Source: a virus. Taken from it: a stretch of 64,000 nucleotides of DNA. Positions 18,796 to 28,778 of the stretch are shown one piece after another. The notes beneath the pieces are model-generated. The model worked only from the letters and a program-made list of their open reading frames with translations. It had not been told where the DNA came from and ran no database searches. The translations under genes and the position numbers were made by a program. The DNA lies in IMG/VR virus record IMGVR_UViG_3300023049_000005, positions 73,053-137,052 of that record; one strand, 5' to 3'. Within the stretch, counting starts at the first letter, position 1. Every line of letters starts with the position of its first letter.

Positions 18796-19149
18796 TTAAA
18801 GTATGAATAATACTTCCCTATTTGATCTAAACTTAAGGGTGGGTATCTCTATACCTGTTACATAATTAGTCATTAGTTTTATCATCTCTGTTACTTCGTT
18901 ATGTGGTAAATCATATTGTTGTTGAATAATATATTTAGTTTCTATATTAAAATTATAGACTTTAAAATTATTATAGACCTCTAATATCCATTCACCCATA
19001 TCAGAATAATAACAAGTATATCCTTCTTTTTCTTTTTTGTTTTTATAAATGGATTTAAAATAATAGATCAATGTAACCGTACTATCCGAAAGGTCTTCTT
19101 TAATAACTTCTTGTAGCATAAGCTCCCTATTTAAATACCTTAGATTCAT
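18796..19149 (-). CDS. Hypothetical protein
   Basis: 117-aa ORF. Confidence 0.4.
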   Translation of the reverse strand: MNLRYLNRELMLQEVIKEDLSDSTVTLIYYFKSIYKNKKEKEGYTCYYSDMGEWILEVYNNFKVYNFNIETKYIIQQQYDLPHNEVTEMIKLMTNYVTGIEIPTLKFRSNREVLFIL

Positions 19150-19180
19150 GTTTTATATATTAAAATTAAATATATAGTAT

Positions 19181-19615
19181 ATGAAAAACTTAATCATAGT
19201 AAGCCTTTTACTATTAACATCATGTACTTTTAACAAAAAAGCTGACACTATATACGAATCAGAATATTGTATAGAAATCGAAAATACCGATAAAATAATT
19301 TGTTTCGATATGCCTGTTGACACTAATTCGACTTACATATATGTGGACGAATTTGGAGTAAAGAACATATACGATAATTTATTATTACACTACATGATGG
19401 TTGTGGAAATCAAAGGGGATGTTGTAACTCTTTCTAATGCGATAAACTCTATATCAATAAAATGGGTAGGTGAATTACCTAAGATACAAGATATGTTTTA
19501 TATCATAAGTAGTGAAAAAGTACTTGAAGAAACTACATTAATAACATACCCTGAATATATGATACCACAAGGTGAAGCAGTAGAAGGCGACGATGTTGAT
19601 ATAATTGAACCTTAA
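19181..19615 (+). CDS. Putative lipoprotein
   Basis: Signal peptide + lipobox LLTSC at residues 11-15. Confidence 0.5.
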   Translation: MKNLIIVSLLLLTSCTFNKKADTIYESEYCIEIENTDKIICFDMPVDTNSTYIYVDEFGVKNIYDNLLLHYMMVVEIKGDVVTLSNAINSISIKWVGELPKIQDMFYIISSEKVLEETTLITYPEYMIPQGEAVEGDDVDIIEP

Positions 19616-20148
19616 CCTCCGTTAATATAACTTCTGATCATTCTATCTACTTGTTCTTTTACGAGTATTTTAAATTCAATACCTTTTGGTTTACAGTATG
19701 CTATTGTGTGTTCCCATTTTGCCATATTCCTATTATATTCATCTATTGCCCACTTATAATTTTTAAGTTGCTTCTGAGTTAACCTACTAGCATCTTTCAT
19801 TTTCGGTGGTCTAGTCTGTTCTTTCGGTTTCACCTCTAATAATATTTCTCTAATGCTTCCGTCCTTCATCTTTAATTTATAATAAAAATCAGGATAATAT
19901 CTATGTCTACTGATACTCACTATACCATGCTTATCAGGTTTCTTTAATTGATATGGTATTTCAATACACTCCGCACCCCATAATATAACATTAGGTTCGT
20001 TGTCAAAGTATTTCATAGCAGTTAATTCCCAAGAGCTTCTGTAATATAATCCACCTCTTTCGTTTAACTTATAAACCTTACTCGTATTAGTAGGTGTAAA
20101 TAATCCCTGTCTGTAATTTCCTTTCCCGTTTGGAACGCTATTTAACAT
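19612..20148 (-). CDS. PD-(D/E)XK-superfamily nuclease-like protein
   Basis: SSWEL ... RYYPDFYY ... LLEVKPK motif arrangement (E..PD..EVK). Confidence 0.45.
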   Translation of the reverse strand: MLNSVPNGKGNYRQGLFTPTNTSKVYKLNERGGLYYRSSWELTAMKYFDNEPNVILWGAECIEIPYQLKKPDKHGIVSISRHRYYPDFYYKLKMKDGSIREILLEVKPKEQTRPPKMKDASRLTQKQLKNYKWAIDEYNRNMAKWEHTIAYCKPKGIEFKILVKEQVDRMIRSYINGG

Positions 20149-20225
20149 AAACTTTTGTTGATTTTTAAGTATATAATAAAAAAGGGACTTTCCTATTTTA
20201 ATAGATAAAAAAAATAAATTATAAT

Positions 20226-20921
20226 ATGTTAATTATTAAAGACTACAATGCAGTAACCATTAAGAATTTAAAAGAAAATGGTATAGAATACGAAGTAAAC
20301 AAAGAATCAAAAATATTCACTTATCTAAAAAAGACCATCAATAAAATTTCTTTTGGTTATTTCTACAAAGAAGATACTAATATCATTGATCCATATAAAA
20401 TAAGTAATCGGTTAGTAGAAGCTGATCCAAACAAAGAGATATATAAGAATTTACCATTAGATGCCTTTGAGAATATAAGCGAAAAAACACTAGAAAATTA
20501 TCCCGATAAGTTTAATTGGAATACTATCTCAAAATTAAACTTATCAGAGCAATTCATACTCAATAATTTTTCTTTATTAAGCACAGAAATATTATCTAAA
20601 AAACCATTAGCCCCCGTTATTATAATAAATAAATATTTAGATCTAAATATAAGAACATTATTTGAAACCAACGATATGTGTAAAGTATATATCTATTTAT
20701 ATGATGTGATAGGAAAAAGAAAACTGACAGAAAAGGAATTAGAATTCTTAACATACCTTAATGTATTTAATATGATCAAAAAATATGATCAGAGATTAAT
20801 CGAACAAAACCGAGAGGATATAGTAAATGAGTTTATAGTTTCTGCTGATATGAAAAGAATTAAAGATATGAAAAGAATTAAAGATACATTTAATGAAAAA
20901 GTAACGGAAGATAATGAGTAA
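20226..20921 (+). CDS. Hypothetical protein with 7-aa tandem repeat MKRIKDMKRIKD
   Basis: 231-aa ORF; 21-nt tandem repeat at 20851..20892. Confidence 0.45.
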   Translation: MLIIKDYNAVTIKNLKENGIEYEVNKESKIFTYLKKTINKISFGYFYKEDTNIIDPYKISNRLVEADPNKEIYKNLPLDAFENISEKTLENYPDKFNWNTISKLNLSEQFILNNFSLLSTEILSKKPLAPVIIINKYLDLNIRTLFETNDMCKVYIYLYDVIGKRKLTEKELEFLTYLNVFNMIKKYDQRLIEQNREDIVNEFIVSADMKRIKDMKRIKDTFNEKVTEDNE

Positions 20922-21201
20922 TATCATTTTTGAACTAGTAGGTCTTATTTGTTTATCTACATTATCAGTAAACGCAACTCCTGTGTTATGGATAAGACAC
21001 AAATTAGGAATATATCAAATGGATGACGATAATAGCTTTTTAAAGAATAAGTTAATTGAGTTATTGTCTTGTCCTATGTGCTTAGGGTTTTGGATAGGTT
21101 TTGGATTTCTGATCACGTCCTATTCCCTATTTGATACTATTTTATTAGCAAGTATAATTTCTATTTTTTCTGAATTATTAAATAAGTTACTAAGAATGTA
21201 A
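20914..21201 (+). CDS. Small membrane protein
   Basis: 95 aa, two hydrophobic helices. Confidence 0.4.
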   Translation: MSNIIFELVGLICLSTLSVNATPVLWIRHKLGIYQMDDDNSFLKNKLIELLSCPMCLGFWIGFGFLITSYSLFDTILLASIISIFSELLNKLLRM

Positions 21202-21227
21202 TATATAAAGAAAAAGAAAATGTAACC

Positions 21228-21449
21228 ATGGATGAAAAAGTAAAACACATTATCAAAGAAGTACACGCAAATAATGGTAAAGTGCCTGCTCATATTGTAG
21301 ACCAAATGTTTGAAGTACATAACCAACTATTTCCTAAAACAATGGAATTCAATAAAGGGTGTGGTACGTGTAGAAAAAGGACATTCGGAAGAATTCAAAC
21401 ATATTTTAATGATAACATAAATAACCTAGGTAATACTTCTTTTGGTTAA
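21228..21449 (+). CDS. Hypothetical small protein
   Basis: 73-aa ORF. Confidence 0.35.
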   Translation: MDEKVKHIIKEVHANNGKVPAHIVDQMFEVHNQLFPKTMEFNKGCGTCRKRTFGRIQTYFNDNINNLGNTSFG

Positions 21450-21459
21450 TATATAGTTT

Positions 21460-22167
21460 ATGTATGTACTAAAAGAGAAGATCAAAGAATTACTTAAAAC
21501 GACATCTATCCCTAGTTTCTTTAAAGACAACTCGATGCGTTTCATGAAGTTATACCAAAGTCCCGATAACGATAATGTTAAAGCTGTTAATATGGCTAAG
21601 ATACAAAAGGGTGGAATATACTTTATGTTGTATCAAGATGAATCTAATTGGATGCAATACTCTCCTATACTATGTTGTGATTTCAGAGATAATAGATTAG
21701 TATTCGGTATAAACCTTAACTTCATTCCATTAGAAATAAGGTTAGAACTTTTTGATAATATCATAAATGATCTCGAAGAAAATAATAATCAACCAAACGG
21801 AACTACACCATTTAATTACATCACTTTCGAAAAGGCATATAAAATGTTATTAAGATATGGGTATGAATATGCTATTGTTGAATATGAGATTAGTAGAATA
21901 GCACAGGTCTATGATATAAAATACGAAGAACTCCCATATTGGATTTACTCTCAATACCCCACACTTAAATATGATCCTATAAAACTATATCAAATATGGG
22001 AAAGTAAATTAGCTAAAAGACCCGAAAGACATAAAGAGATGATCGCTAAATTAGTTAAAGACTTCTATAACGTAACTGATGAATTGATCGAGAACAGCGA
22101 TGCACTCAAAGGTCATCTACAAAGACTTAAAAGAAACTATGATAAGTTTGGAGATAAGTTTAGTTAA
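21460..22167 (+). CDS. Hypothetical protein
   Basis: 235-aa ORF. Confidence 0.5.
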   Translation: MYVLKEKIKELLKTTSIPSFFKDNSMRFMKLYQSPDNDNVKAVNMAKIQKGGIYFMLYQDESNWMQYSPILCCDFRDNRLVFGINLNFIPLEIRLELFDNIINDLEENNNQPNGTTPFNYITFEKAYKMLLRYGYEYAIVEYEISRIAQVYDIKYEELPYWIYSQYPTLKYDPIKLYQIWESKLAKRPERHKEMIAKLVKDFYNVTDELIENSDALKGHLQRLKRNYDKFGDKFS

Positions 22168-22348
22168 TTTCCTTTAATAGTTCCTCTATCAATTTATCGA
22201 TTTCCTCAGTAAACCCTAAGTTTTCTTCAAGCATAGACTTAAAAAATCTACTATAAATCTTATCAGTGAAAATGTTATTTTCATCTACTTTAGCGTACCC
22301 AAACTCTTTGATGTTATTGACTGCGTTTCGTATTAATCTCTCTTTCAT
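22160..22348 (-). CDS. Hypothetical small protein
   Basis: 62-aa ORF. Confidence 0.3.
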   Translation of the reverse strand: MKERLIRNAVNNIKEFGYAKVDENNIFTDKIYSRFFKSMLEENLGFTEEIDKLIEELLKEIN

Positions 22349-22419
22349 ATAGTAAATATAATAAATATTTTTTAGGGGATGGTTTTATTTATATATAAAT
22401 AAAATATTTTAAAATATAA

Positions 22420-24117
22420 ATGGCGAGCTATAATCCGAATAACAGTCCAAGTTGGAGTAATAATAACACAGGAAATCAGGGATTTTTTTCGAGAGCGTTA
22501 AGAAACATCAGCAGTTGGGGCATGTACTACAATGACATGGTTTCTAAAAACAAAGTAACTATTGGTATAAATGAAGATCCTAATCAGATGTCAGGTAATG
22601 GTGGGATGTATGATTTCTTTTCACAGAGAGCCATTGCTTCTATATTAAGTCAAAAATCAGTTGCGTACTTAGATAAGAGCGTTAATGATAAAATAAGAAT
22701 ACTTAGAGAATATAGTATAAAAGACGAAATAAAAGATTTCGTAACTACTATATGTGATGAGGCTATTATTTATGATGATGAAAGAAGATTCTGTGAGCCT
22801 AAAAAACTAAAAGACGATTATCCACAAGAGGTAAAAGATAGATATTATGAGATATTCGAAGAGGTGTATAACAACTTTAATTTCTCAAATGGAAAAAGAG
22901 CTTGGGATATATTCAGAAGATTCTTAATTGATGGATATGCTGCATATGAAATTGTATGGGATGATAAAGCACAGAATATAATTGGATATGAAGAAGTAGA
23001 ACCTGTTACTCTAATGCCTGGCTATGAACCTGAATCGGGTACACATATTTGGATACAGTTTCCCGAAGACCCAACATTAAGAAGAGTGATATTAGATAGC
23101 CAAATCATATACCTTTCTTATAAATCTCATAACGAATATTCGGAGATGTCATACGTTGAGGGATTAATTAGACCATATAACCAACTTAAAATAATTGAAC
23201 AAAGTAAGATCATATTTAATATGGCTAATGCTACAATTTATCAAAAGTATGTAATACCTGTTAAAGACCTACCTAGACAAAGAGCAGAAGAAAGTGTTGG
23301 TAAGATGATTGCTAACTATTCAGAAGAAGTGAGTTGGGATGATACTATGGGTGTTCCTGAGATTAACGGAAGTAAGCATATACCTTATAATAAACAATTA
23401 TGGTTTCCTGAGGGAGAAAGTGGTACGCCACAATTTGAATTAATATCACCTGATGGTCATAACTTAAATGAAAACGATATGTTGACATGGTTTTATAATG
23501 CTTTAAAAAGAGCTAGTAATATCCCATTCTCAAGATTTGATAAAGATAATGGTGGTGGAGATATTTATGATAACAGTTCTGGAATGACTAACGATGAAGT
23601 AAAATTTGGAAACTTTGTAGGAAGATTAAGAACATCTTTTAAAGAAGTTGTTATTAAACCAATGAAACTTCAGATGCTTAGAGAATTTCCTGAGTATAAA
23701 GAAGACGCTAAACTATTAAATAGTATTGATGTAGAGTTTAATTCTAACGATCTATTCGAAGAATGGAAGCGAATTAACAACCTAAACAAACGTGTTGAAA
23801 CTGTACAGAAATTAGCAGATGCTATTGAAATAGATGGAAGACCTTATTTCCATCCTGAGTATATAGTTGATAAATACTTAAAACTTACTGAAGAAGAAAA
23901 ACAAGAAAACGAAGCATATTGGAAGAAGAAACCAATTAAAGGAGACGCAGGCGATGGATCAGGAGGTGGTGACAGCTTTGGTGGTGATGATGACTTTGGT
24001 GGTGGAGACTTCGGTGGCGATGACGATTTCGGTGGCGGTGAAGATCTAGGTGGAGAAGACCTAGGCGGTGGCGCAGATGAAGGCGGTGGAGAAGACGTTG
24101 GTGATTTCGAATTCTAA
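22420..24117 (+). CDS. Portal protein, T4 gp20-like, with Gly/Asp-rich C-terminal repeats
   Basis: 565 aa; NQLKIIEQSKIIFNM / KDLPRQRAEESVGKMIAN parallels T4 gp20 NQLKLLEDAVVIYRI / GNMPARKAAEHMQHVMN; position in portal-protease-scaffold-MCP module. Confidence 0.7.
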   Translation: MASYNPNNSPSWSNNNTGNQGFFSRALRNISSWGMYYNDMVSKNKVTIGINEDPNQMSGNGGMYDFFSQRAIASILSQKSVAYLDKSVNDKIRILREYSIKDEIKDFVTTICDEAIIYDDERRFCEPKKLKDDYPQEVKDRYYEIFEEVYNNFNFSNGKRAWDIFRRFLIDGYAAYEIVWDDKAQNIIGYEEVEPVTLMPGYEPESGTHIWIQFPEDPTLRRVILDSQIIYLSYKSHNEYSEMSYVEGLIRPYNQLKIIEQSKIIFNMANATIYQKYVIPVKDLPRQRAEESVGKMIANYSEEVSWDDTMGVPEINGSKHIPYNKQLWFPEGESGTPQFELISPDGHNLNENDMLTWFYNALKRASNIPFSRFDKDNGGGDIYDNSSGMTNDEVKFGNFVGRLRTSFKEVVIKPMKLQMLREFPEYKEDAKLLNSIDVEFNSNDLFEEWKRINNLNKRVETVQKLADAIEIDGRPYFHPEYIVDKYLKLTEEEKQENEAYWKKKPIKGDAGDGSGGGDSFGGDDDFGGGDFGGDDDFGGGEDLGGEDLGGGADEGGGEDVGDFEF

Positions 24118-24118
24118 T

Positions 24119-24493
24119 CTAAGGTAAATATTCTTTAGCATATCCTAAATCAATAAGTTCTTGGTTCAAATAAATTTGTTCTCCTGTTTCTTCATTGATA
24201 TAATAAATCTTAGCAAGGTATCTACCATACTTACCTGTTCTATCTTTAATAGATTGTATAATAACATTTTTTTCAAGGATTTTAGATCTGACATAATCTC
24301 TCGATATTCGACCCTGTTCTAATTCTTCACCACGCATTTCAGGTGTATCTATTCCATATAACCTCAACGCTACTCCTTTTCCTTCAAGTCCGTTTTGTTT
24401 TATTCCGAACCCTAGGTCGAAATGACATCTAATAGTATCACCATCGTAGACTGATACTACATATCCTCTATATACATATTCTGTTGTTATCAT
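24119..24493 (-). CDS. Staphylococcal-nuclease (SNase/thermonuclease)-like protein
   Basis: 124 aa; DGDTIR, RLYGIDTPE, GRYLAKIY motifs typical of SNc domain. Confidence 0.65.
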   Translation of the reverse strand: MITTEYVYRGYVVSVYDGDTIRCHFDLGFGIKQNGLEGKGVALRLYGIDTPEMRGEELEQGRISRDYVRSKILEKNVIIQSIKDRTGKYGRYLAKIYYINEETGEQIYLNQELIDLGYAKEYLP

Positions 24494-24638
24494 ATAGTAT
24501 ATATTTTTAATTAAATACTAATATGTGGTATATAGATATAATATATAAGATAATTAAAGATAATACAATTATTTGCTGATTTTAGAAAAAAGGCGTTTTC
24601 TAAGGTAAATATATAGTATAAGAAAAATAATATAACCT

Positions 24639-26885
24639 ATGAAAAACGTATTAATCATTGAACATAATCCTACTTCATTAAAACCCATTAATGAATCAGC
24701 AGGAAAAGGTCAAGAAGATAAGTATACATTAGGAGGCGTATTTACAGAATTTGACAAAAAGAATAGAAACGATAGGGTCTATACTTGGAGTAAGTTCGAA
24801 CCTGCATTAAACGAATTAAATGAAAGAATCAGCACAATGGGTGTATACGGTGAGTATGATCATCCCGATACTTTTGATACTTCATTAAAGAATGCATCAC
24901 ACATGGTTGAAACGGCTTCTTATGACGAAAAAAACAATTGTGTTACAGGAAAAATCAGATTACTTAATACTCAGTGGGGTAAAGAAGCAAAAGCATTGGT
25001 TGAAGATAATTCACCTTTATTCGTTTCTTCGAGAGCTGCAGGTATTACAGAAGGTAATGGTGAAGTAACACTTAAAAAATTATTCACATATGATATTGTG
25101 GCAGATCCAGGATTTTCCTCTGCTAGAATGCAATCATTGAATGAATCTATGGGCTATTCATCAAATTCCAACTTTCAAATATATGAAATGGATGATGAAA
25201 CAAAAATTAATCAATTATTTGAAATGAACAAAAATGATATGGTAACAAAACAGCAAATGGTAGATTACTCTGAGTATTTAGTAGAAAACATCAAAGAGGT
25301 GAAAGCTAAAATCAACGAATCTATCAAAACAGGTCAAATTCAACCTAAAAAATTAAATGAATTAACACAGTATTACGAAAGAATGCTTGAAGAACAAAAT
25401 AAGATGACTAAGTACTTAGATTACTTAGCTGAAAATTTACAAGTTGTAGTAAAAGAAAACATAGAATTAAAAGAAAGTAATTCTAAGTTAGAAAAAACTA
25501 CTAACAACCTTATTAAGCATAATGATTATTTAGCTGAAAACTTAGAGAAGTCTATTGAATTCTCTGATTATATTGCTGAGGAATTAGATAAGTCTGTAGA
25601 ATACAGTGAGTATATCGCTGAGGAATTAGATAAGTCTATCCAATATGGTGAGTATATCGCTGAGGAATTAGATAAGTCTATCCAATATGGTGAATACATT
25701 GCTGAAAACTTAAACAAATCTATTGAATTCTCTGATTATTTAGCTGAGAATTTAGATAACTCAATCGTATATTCTGAATATTTAGCTGAAAACATTGATA
25801 CTAATATCAAGTACTCTGAATACATTGCTGAGAATTTAGATAGCGGTTTAGCATACACTGATTATGTTGCTGAACAATTAGATAAGTCTATTGAATACAG
25901 CAAAATGATTACAGAAAAATTAAACGAATCATCTAGTAAATTATTTGAAAGCGTTGAGGGCGAAGAAATGGATGGATTTCCATCACCTGATATCGTAGGT
26001 CTTTCTGAACTAGAAATGGATATGGAAGAAGATGAAGATGAGGATGAAGATAATTTGGATATCAACGTTGATGTTGATGTTGAAATTGAAGGATCTGAGG
26101 ATGACGTAAACTGCAGAGTAGTTTGTGATGATGACGAAGATGTAAATATAGATGATACTCCCGAATTAGAAGAAGGTGAAACAGAAGAAATTATTTCTGA
26201 TGAGCTTGATGAAGAAGAAGAGGAAATGGAAGAAAAGGAAGAATTAGAAGAAGCAATTTCTGAAGAAGTTTCACAAGAAGAAGCACACGACGAAGATAAA
26301 GACGAGTGTAAAGACTGTGAAGAAGAAAAAGAAGAAGAAGAAGAAGAAGATTTAATGATGGAAAATAATCTATCAAAATCTATCGACCAATTAATATTAG
26401 AAGCTAAAAAACGAGAAGCTTCTAAGACAAACGAACCTAATTTCTTGTCGTTTTTAAATAAAGATCAGTTAGATTCATTCTACGCTTTAGAGAACGATGA
26501 TAGAGAATTAGTTATTGCCCATATAAACGAGAAGGGTAATTATTATTCTACAAGTGATGTACTAACTCTTATGAACGAAGCATTAGCTACGAAAGAGAAG
26601 AGTTTAGAGGAACGTTTAGTCGATGAAATGCCTGAGGAAGTTAAGGACAAATGGGAAAAGATTACAGAATCTGCAAAGAACTCAATATTGAGTCAAGCTA
26701 GATTACATCCTACTACTAATTGGAATGAAGCGACTATGGAGCATTTTTGGTTAACTCGTAAGTTCCCTGCGATCAGAGAGTCAAACCGTGAATTGATCAA
26801 CAAAGAAGATAGATTAATCCTAGAGGATAGTTTATCAGATGATGCGATGAATTCAATTATGGAGAAATTTAATTCAATTAAATAA
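24639..26885 (+). CDS. Prohead core protease (T4 gp21-like) fused to a repetitive coiled-coil/acidic scaffold-like region
   Basis: N-terminal LGGVFTEFDKKNRNDRVYT ... GEYDHPD parallels gp21 FGGVFTG...NGRIYT...GEFNHPD; ~10 tandem 14-aa units (YIAEELDKSIxYxE) then poly-acidic tract. Confidence 0.7.
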   Translation: MKNVLIIEHNPTSLKPINESAGKGQEDKYTLGGVFTEFDKKNRNDRVYTWSKFEPALNELNERISTMGVYGEYDHPDTFDTSLKNASHMVETASYDEKNNCVTGKIRLLNTQWGKEAKALVEDNSPLFVSSRAAGITEGNGEVTLKKLFTYDIVADPGFSSARMQSLNESMGYSSNSNFQIYEMDDETKINQLFEMNKNDMVTKQQMVDYSEYLVENIKEVKAKINESIKTGQIQPKKLNELTQYYERMLEEQNKMTKYLDYLAENLQVVVKENIELKESNSKLEKTTNNLIKHNDYLAENLEKSIEFSDYIAEELDKSVEYSEYIAEELDKSIQYGEYIAEELDKSIQYGEYIAENLNKSIEFSDYLAENLDNSIVYSEYLAENIDTNIKYSEYIAENLDSGLAYTDYVAEQLDKSIEYSKMITEKLNESSSKLFESVEGEEMDGFPSPDIVGLSELEMDMEEDEDEDEDNLDINVDVDVEIEGSEDDVNCRVVCDDDEDVNIDDTPELEEGETEEIISDELDEEEEEMEEKEELEEAISEEVSQEEAHDEDKDECKDCEEEKEEEEEEDLMMENNLSKSIDQLILEAKKREASKTNEPNFLSFLNKDQLDSFYALENDDRELVIAHINEKGNYYSTSDVLTLMNEALATKEKSLEERLVDEMPEEVKDKWEKITESAKNSILSQARLHPTTNWNEATMEHFWLTRKFPAIRESNRELINKEDRLILEDSLSDDAMNSIMEKFNSIK
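25540..25910 (+). repeat. Tandem array of ~42-nt (14-codon) repeats inside the protease-scaffold gene
   Basis: Repeated gattatattgctgaggaattagataagtct... units visible directly. Confidence 0.7.
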
Positions 26886-26980
26886 GATCCAAAAACTATC
26901 ACTTAAAGTTGAAAAACGGAAAAAACACGCTTTTTAATGTGAATATATACTATAAGTGAAATAAAAAAAATAAAGTTAAA

Positions 26981-28693
26981 ATGATAAACTTAGACAAAAC
27001 AGTAAAAAAATGGACTCCAATTCTAGAGAATATGGGAGTTGAGGGATCTGATCGTTTAGATTGGATGTCAGAGTACGCAGAGTATCATTCATTGAATGAA
27101 AATGCTTATGCAAACTTAGGTAATTTTAATGGCATGGGCGGTGTAGCTAACCCAACGGTAGCTGCTAACCCAGGTAATGCATTAGGAGTTACAGATTTCA
27201 GCAGAGGATACAATGCTGATGGAAATTCAGGCTCAGGTGACTACGGTCAGCAATTATTGCCTGTTGCGATGAAAATTGCTGCACAAACAATTGGTTTAGA
27301 CCTAGTAAGCGTAAAGCCTACACCTGGTCCAAAAATTGATTTAATGTACATCGATTTCGCATACGATGATAACACAAACGAAACAAATGAAAGACCTCAG
27401 GTTTTTGCTATTGATTTCGGAGCTAATGCAGGTGCATTGGAAACTTTCCTTAATGCAGCTTCAGCAGAAGCAGGTGCTATCCAAAGAGTAGGTGGTTTAA
27501 CTGAGAGAGTATATCTTTCATTAAATGACGCTGCGGCTAACGCACAAACAGGTTATGATCCAGGTGTTGCACCTGTTGGATCAAAACAATCATGGGTTGA
27601 ATTCTTAGGATACTCTCGTATCGATAGAAAGCCTATGTTCAGAATTTTCCGTCAGGCTAACGTAGCAACAGCTACTACAGGTTCTGCATGGGGATTTGTA
27701 CAAGCTGATAACACTTTTACAACTGATGAGGTATTAACTACTGTATTCGGTGGTGGATTTGGTGACACAGCAGGTGGCGCAACTTCTGCAACAGGTTCTA
27801 GCACAAGCTTAGAATTAGTGTCTGCATTAGAAGATCACTTACCTGCATTTGCAGCAAACTTTGCTTCTGACAAATATCCTCAAACAAGAGAACAAGAAGA
27901 AACTAATTACCCAGGAATTATTGCTCCTAGAGTACAATCTAAGACAATCCAAGCGGGGACATTAGAAATTTCTACTGCTCTTAAGAGAACTGAGATAGAA
28001 GATATCAAAGCAAACTTAGGTATCGATATCGTTCAAAAAATGGAGTCAATCCTTGTGAACGAATTATCACAAACTATCTCTAAGCAAATAGTTGAAAAAT
28101 TATTTGAAATGGGTGACTTAAACCGTCAGTCTGCACCTGGTTACACAACTGCAACTGCTGCTACAACAGTATTTGATTTAGACGTTGATGCATACCTTGG
28201 ATCATCTGCTTCGCCAGGTGGTGAAACTTCTCACGCTGTACAAAGAAGATTAGTGACTAAAATCCTTAATTCTTCTAACTACTTAGCAACAGAAGGTCGT
28301 GTAGGTCCTGCTCAGTTCGTAGTTACTAACGGACGTTTAGCTGCTGCTTTAGCTGACATCGCAGGTTATACAATTAACCCTGTGAAATCTAAAGTAAATG
28401 GTTCAGGTCAACTGTATCCAATGGGTACAATCGGAGACGTTCAAATTTACGTTGATCCTTACATGTTATATAATGATAACAGAATGTTAGTAGGACGTAA
28501 GAACAATCCTGACCAACCAGGTATCGTATTCGTACCATACTTAATGGCTCAGTCAATCAGCTTATTATCTGAAGCTACATTCGCACCAAGAATGTTGTTA
28601 AGATCTAGATATGCGATTGCAGAGTTAGGATTTTATCCACAAAAACAATATATGACAGTTAAAGTTGTAGATACTAATAATATCTTAGCGTAA
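26981..28693 (+). CDS. Major capsid protein, T4 gp23-like
   Basis: 570 aa; KKWTPILENMGVEG and IGLDLVSVKPTPGPKIDLMYIDF parallel gp23 NKWKPLLEGEGL and LIAFDICGVQPMNSPTGQVFAL; followed by strong terminator. Confidence 0.8.
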   Translation: MINLDKTVKKWTPILENMGVEGSDRLDWMSEYAEYHSLNENAYANLGNFNGMGGVANPTVAANPGNALGVTDFSRGYNADGNSGSGDYGQQLLPVAMKIAAQTIGLDLVSVKPTPGPKIDLMYIDFAYDDNTNETNERPQVFAIDFGANAGALETFLNAASAEAGAIQRVGGLTERVYLSLNDAAANAQTGYDPGVAPVGSKQSWVEFLGYSRIDRKPMFRIFRQANVATATTGSAWGFVQADNTFTTDEVLTTVFGGGFGDTAGGATSATGSSTSLELVSALEDHLPAFAANFASDKYPQTREQEETNYPGIIAPRVQSKTIQAGTLEISTALKRTEIEDIKANLGIDIVQKMESILVNELSQTISKQIVEKLFEMGDLNRQSAPGYTTATAATTVFDLDVDAYLGSSASPGGETSHAVQRRLVTKILNSSNYLATEGRVGPAQFVVTNGRLAAALADIAGYTINPVKSKVNGSGQLYPMGTIGDVQIYVDPYMLYNDNRMLVGRKNNPDQPGIVFVPYLMAQSISLLSEATFAPRMLLRSRYAIAELGFYPQKQYMTVKVVDTNNILA

Positions 28694-28714
28694 TAACTAC
28701 ATAAATATATTACA

Positions 28715-28751
28715 GAAAAAACTCTTTGGTTCGCCAAAGAGTTTTTTTTTG
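28715..28751 (+). terminator. Rho-independent terminator after capsid gene (actctttgg-ttcg-ccaaagagt + T9)
   Basis: 9-bp perfect stem, TTCG loop, 9 T. Confidence 0.75.
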
Positions 28752-28778
28752 TTTATATTTGTCTAATATATAAGGTAC

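Noticed and set aside
25540-25910. Regular ~42-nt tandem repeats considered as a CRISPR-like array
   Set aside because: Repeats are contiguous with no spacers and sit in frame inside a protein-coding gene; no cas genes.
25862-26902. Antisense ORFs (poly-Ser/poly-Leu) opposite the scaffold repeats and acidic tract
   Set aside because: Reverse-frame artefacts of GAA/GAT-rich coding sequence.
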